A stretch of 64,000 nt of DNA, taken from contig JASVEC010000023.1 in the NCBI GenBank assembly GCA_030770535.1, positions 310,001 through 374,000 of the forward strand. The letters run 5' to 3'. Numbering within the stretch: the first letter of the stretch is position 1; every line of letters starts with the position of its first letter. Below the pieces are notes generated by a model. The model had not been told where the DNA came from. It saw only the letters and a program-made list of their open reading frames with translations, and did no database searches. Of this stretch, positions 62,398 through 64,000 are shown piece after piece. The position numbers were made by a program, and so were the translations under genes. This DNA comes from Batkoa obscura. Lineage: Eukaryota.

Positions 62398-63525
62398 ATG
62401 AATAGTGTACTTAGAACTTTAACTTTATTCGCCTTATTAGCTGTAAGTAGCTCTCAAAGATTAACTAATTTTAGTCAAAAGGACTGTAAAGTAATCAAAA
62501 CTAGTAATAACCCTCAATACGAAAATTTAGATAATAGATGTTTTATTAAAACTCGATCTGGTATGTGTCGTGCTGGTTTCCCATCTTATCACTTTAATCA
62601 AGATACTGGTAAATGTGTCAAAAGACTTCATGGAGGCTGTGATGATGGATGTCTTGCTTTCAGTACCATGAAAGAGTGTGAAGGCATCTGTGTTAAAAAT
62701 ATTATCCAACCAACTACTCAAACCAAACCACAAGAAGAAGAACGTCAAGACTCTTGCAAAGTAAATAAGCCTAAAAATCTATCAGCTGAGTTGAACAAAT
62801 TAGATGATAAATGTTTTATTAAAACTGAACCTGGTATGTGTCGTGCTGGCTTTCCTTCCTATCACTTTGATTTGAAGCAAAACAAATGTGTCAAAGGTAT
62901 GTTTGGTGGCTGTGCTGATGGTTGCTCCGTATTTGGTAGCATGCAAGAATGTGAAAGCTCATGTGTAAAAAAGAGTAACCAACCAGCTGCTCAAATTAAA
63001 CCACAAGAAGAAGAACGTCAAGACTCTTGCAAAGTAAATAAGCCTAAAAATCTATCAGCTGAGTTGAACAAATTAGATGATAAATGTTTTATTAAAACTG
63101 AGCCTGGTATGTGTCGTGCTGGCTTCCCTTCCTATCACTTTGATTTGAAGCAAAACAAATGTGTCAAAGGTATGTTTGGTGGCTGTGCTGATGGTTGCTC
63201 CGTATTTGGTAGCATACAAGAATGTGAAAGCTCATGTGTAAAAAAGAACATTCAACCAGCCAAAAAAGAAGAACCCAAAACTAATGGCTCTTTCTCTCAA
63301 GAATCTTGCAAAGTTGAAATTCCAGATATAATTTTCAATCCTTTAGTCAAATTTGATAGAAAATGTTACATCAAAACTGACTCTGGAATGTGTCGTGGAG
63401 CTTTCCCATCTTATCATTTTGATCCATCTAGAGGCAAATGTGTTGAAGATGTTTATGGTGGTTGTGGTGGATGTCTTGCTTTTACTAGCATTGAGGAATG
63501 TAACTCGACCTGTAGAACTCATTAA
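62398..63525 (+). CDS. Secreted four-domain Kunitz/BPTI-type serine protease inhibitor
   Basis: Signal peptide, then four repeats of C-x8-C-x15-C-x7-C-x12(11)-C-x3-C with GxCR(A/G)...GGC...F; P1 is Arg in all four. Confidence 0.9.
   Translation: MNSVLRTLTLFALLAVSSSQRLTNFSQKDCKVIKTSNNPQYENLDNRCFIKTRSGMCRAGFPSYHFNQDTGKCVKRLHGGCDDGCLAFSTMKECEGICVKNIIQPTTQTKPQEEERQDSCKVNKPKNLSAELNKLDDKCFIKTEPGMCRAGFPSYHFDLKQNKCVKGMFGGCADGCSVFGSMQECESSCVKKSNQPAAQIKPQEEERQDSCKVNKPKNLSAELNKLDDKCFIKTEPGMCRAGFPSYHFDLKQNKCVKGMFGGCADGCSVFGSIQECESSCVKKNIQPAKKEEPKTNGSFSQESCKVEIPDIIFNPLVKFDRKCYIKTDSGMCRGAFPSYHFDPSRGKCVEDVYGGCGGCLAFTSIEECNSTCRTH
62725..63247 (+). repeat. Near-perfect 273-bp tandem duplication (Kunitz units 2 and 3)
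   Basis: Period 273 bp; only 3 substitutions seen by eye over about 250 bp. Confidence 0.95.
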
Positions 63526-64000
63526 GCTATGAGCTCCTAAAATAAAATAAATTAGTGTCCTGAAAACTGTAATTTTTATCTTTGTTATTGTCATTATCAA
63601 AGTTTTGCTTTATAATATTTGTTTCAAAACATTATGTTTATAATTTTAAAAATGTTTTTATATGTTATATTTTAGTGTTATAAAGAATTTATTGAATTCT
63701 GTAAAGAGAGGGTTGTTGTAGCAAAATCAGTGTAGACTATAGCTCTTTGTAGATTAGTTATTGGAAACCAGAGAAAACCTAATAGGATACTATAGACTCG
63801 AGGTAAATATTATACTTTCATGATAAAGCGTAGCTATTAAAAAAGAAAAATCAGTAGTTCTATAGTGGATAAAAAAGGCCATACCCCACATTTGGTAGAT
63901 AAAAAAACGTAAGTCAAAGGGAGAGCCTAAATATAATTTTTATGTTCAAATGCTCTAGGCGTCAAGCTAGGTTACCTTCTAAAAACGGAAGTTAAGAAAA

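Noticed and set aside
62527..63600. Antisense ORFs (62527, 63343; likewise 250, 2922, 9815, 20791, 42798, 49022, 57640)
   Set aside because: Shadow frames opposite real genes or pseudogenes.

Overview
Very AT-rich eukaryotic DNA with short GT-AG introns. The gene content points to an early-diverging fungus, probably Entomophthoromycotina (Conidiobolus-like); this is inference. Compact housekeeping blocks hold an EH-domain endocytic protein, an M17 leucyl aminopeptidase, a probable MED19, GEP4, a UPF0658-like membrane protein, SDRs, BET2, a Vsb1-like SulP-STAS-cNMP transporter, tropomyosin and three tRNAs (Ala-AGC, Val-AAC, Asn-GTT). These alternate with gene-sparse accessory regions (about 8.5-32 kb, 36-51 kb, 57-64 kb) holding intronless secreted or lineage-specific genes: a class-3 lipase, two beta/gamma-crystallin-like secreted proteins, multi-domain Kunitz inhibitors with an extra Cys pair, a rhodopsin-like GPCR, and two F-box families in birth-and-death turnover. 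The main hidden structure is a DNA-transposon system. A decayed Sola-like DDD transposon (58.3-61.4 kb, second partial copy at 20.0-20.8 kb) has the terminus GRGGATGT, which is shared by a ~98-bp MITE present in at least 20 copies with 4-bp target duplications (mostly ATAT). These elements interrupt F-box genes, truncate a Kunitz gene and insert into the transposase itself. Two solo LTRs and a candidate box C/D snoRNA are also present. All calls were made by eye; exon boundaries and pseudogene limits are approximate.
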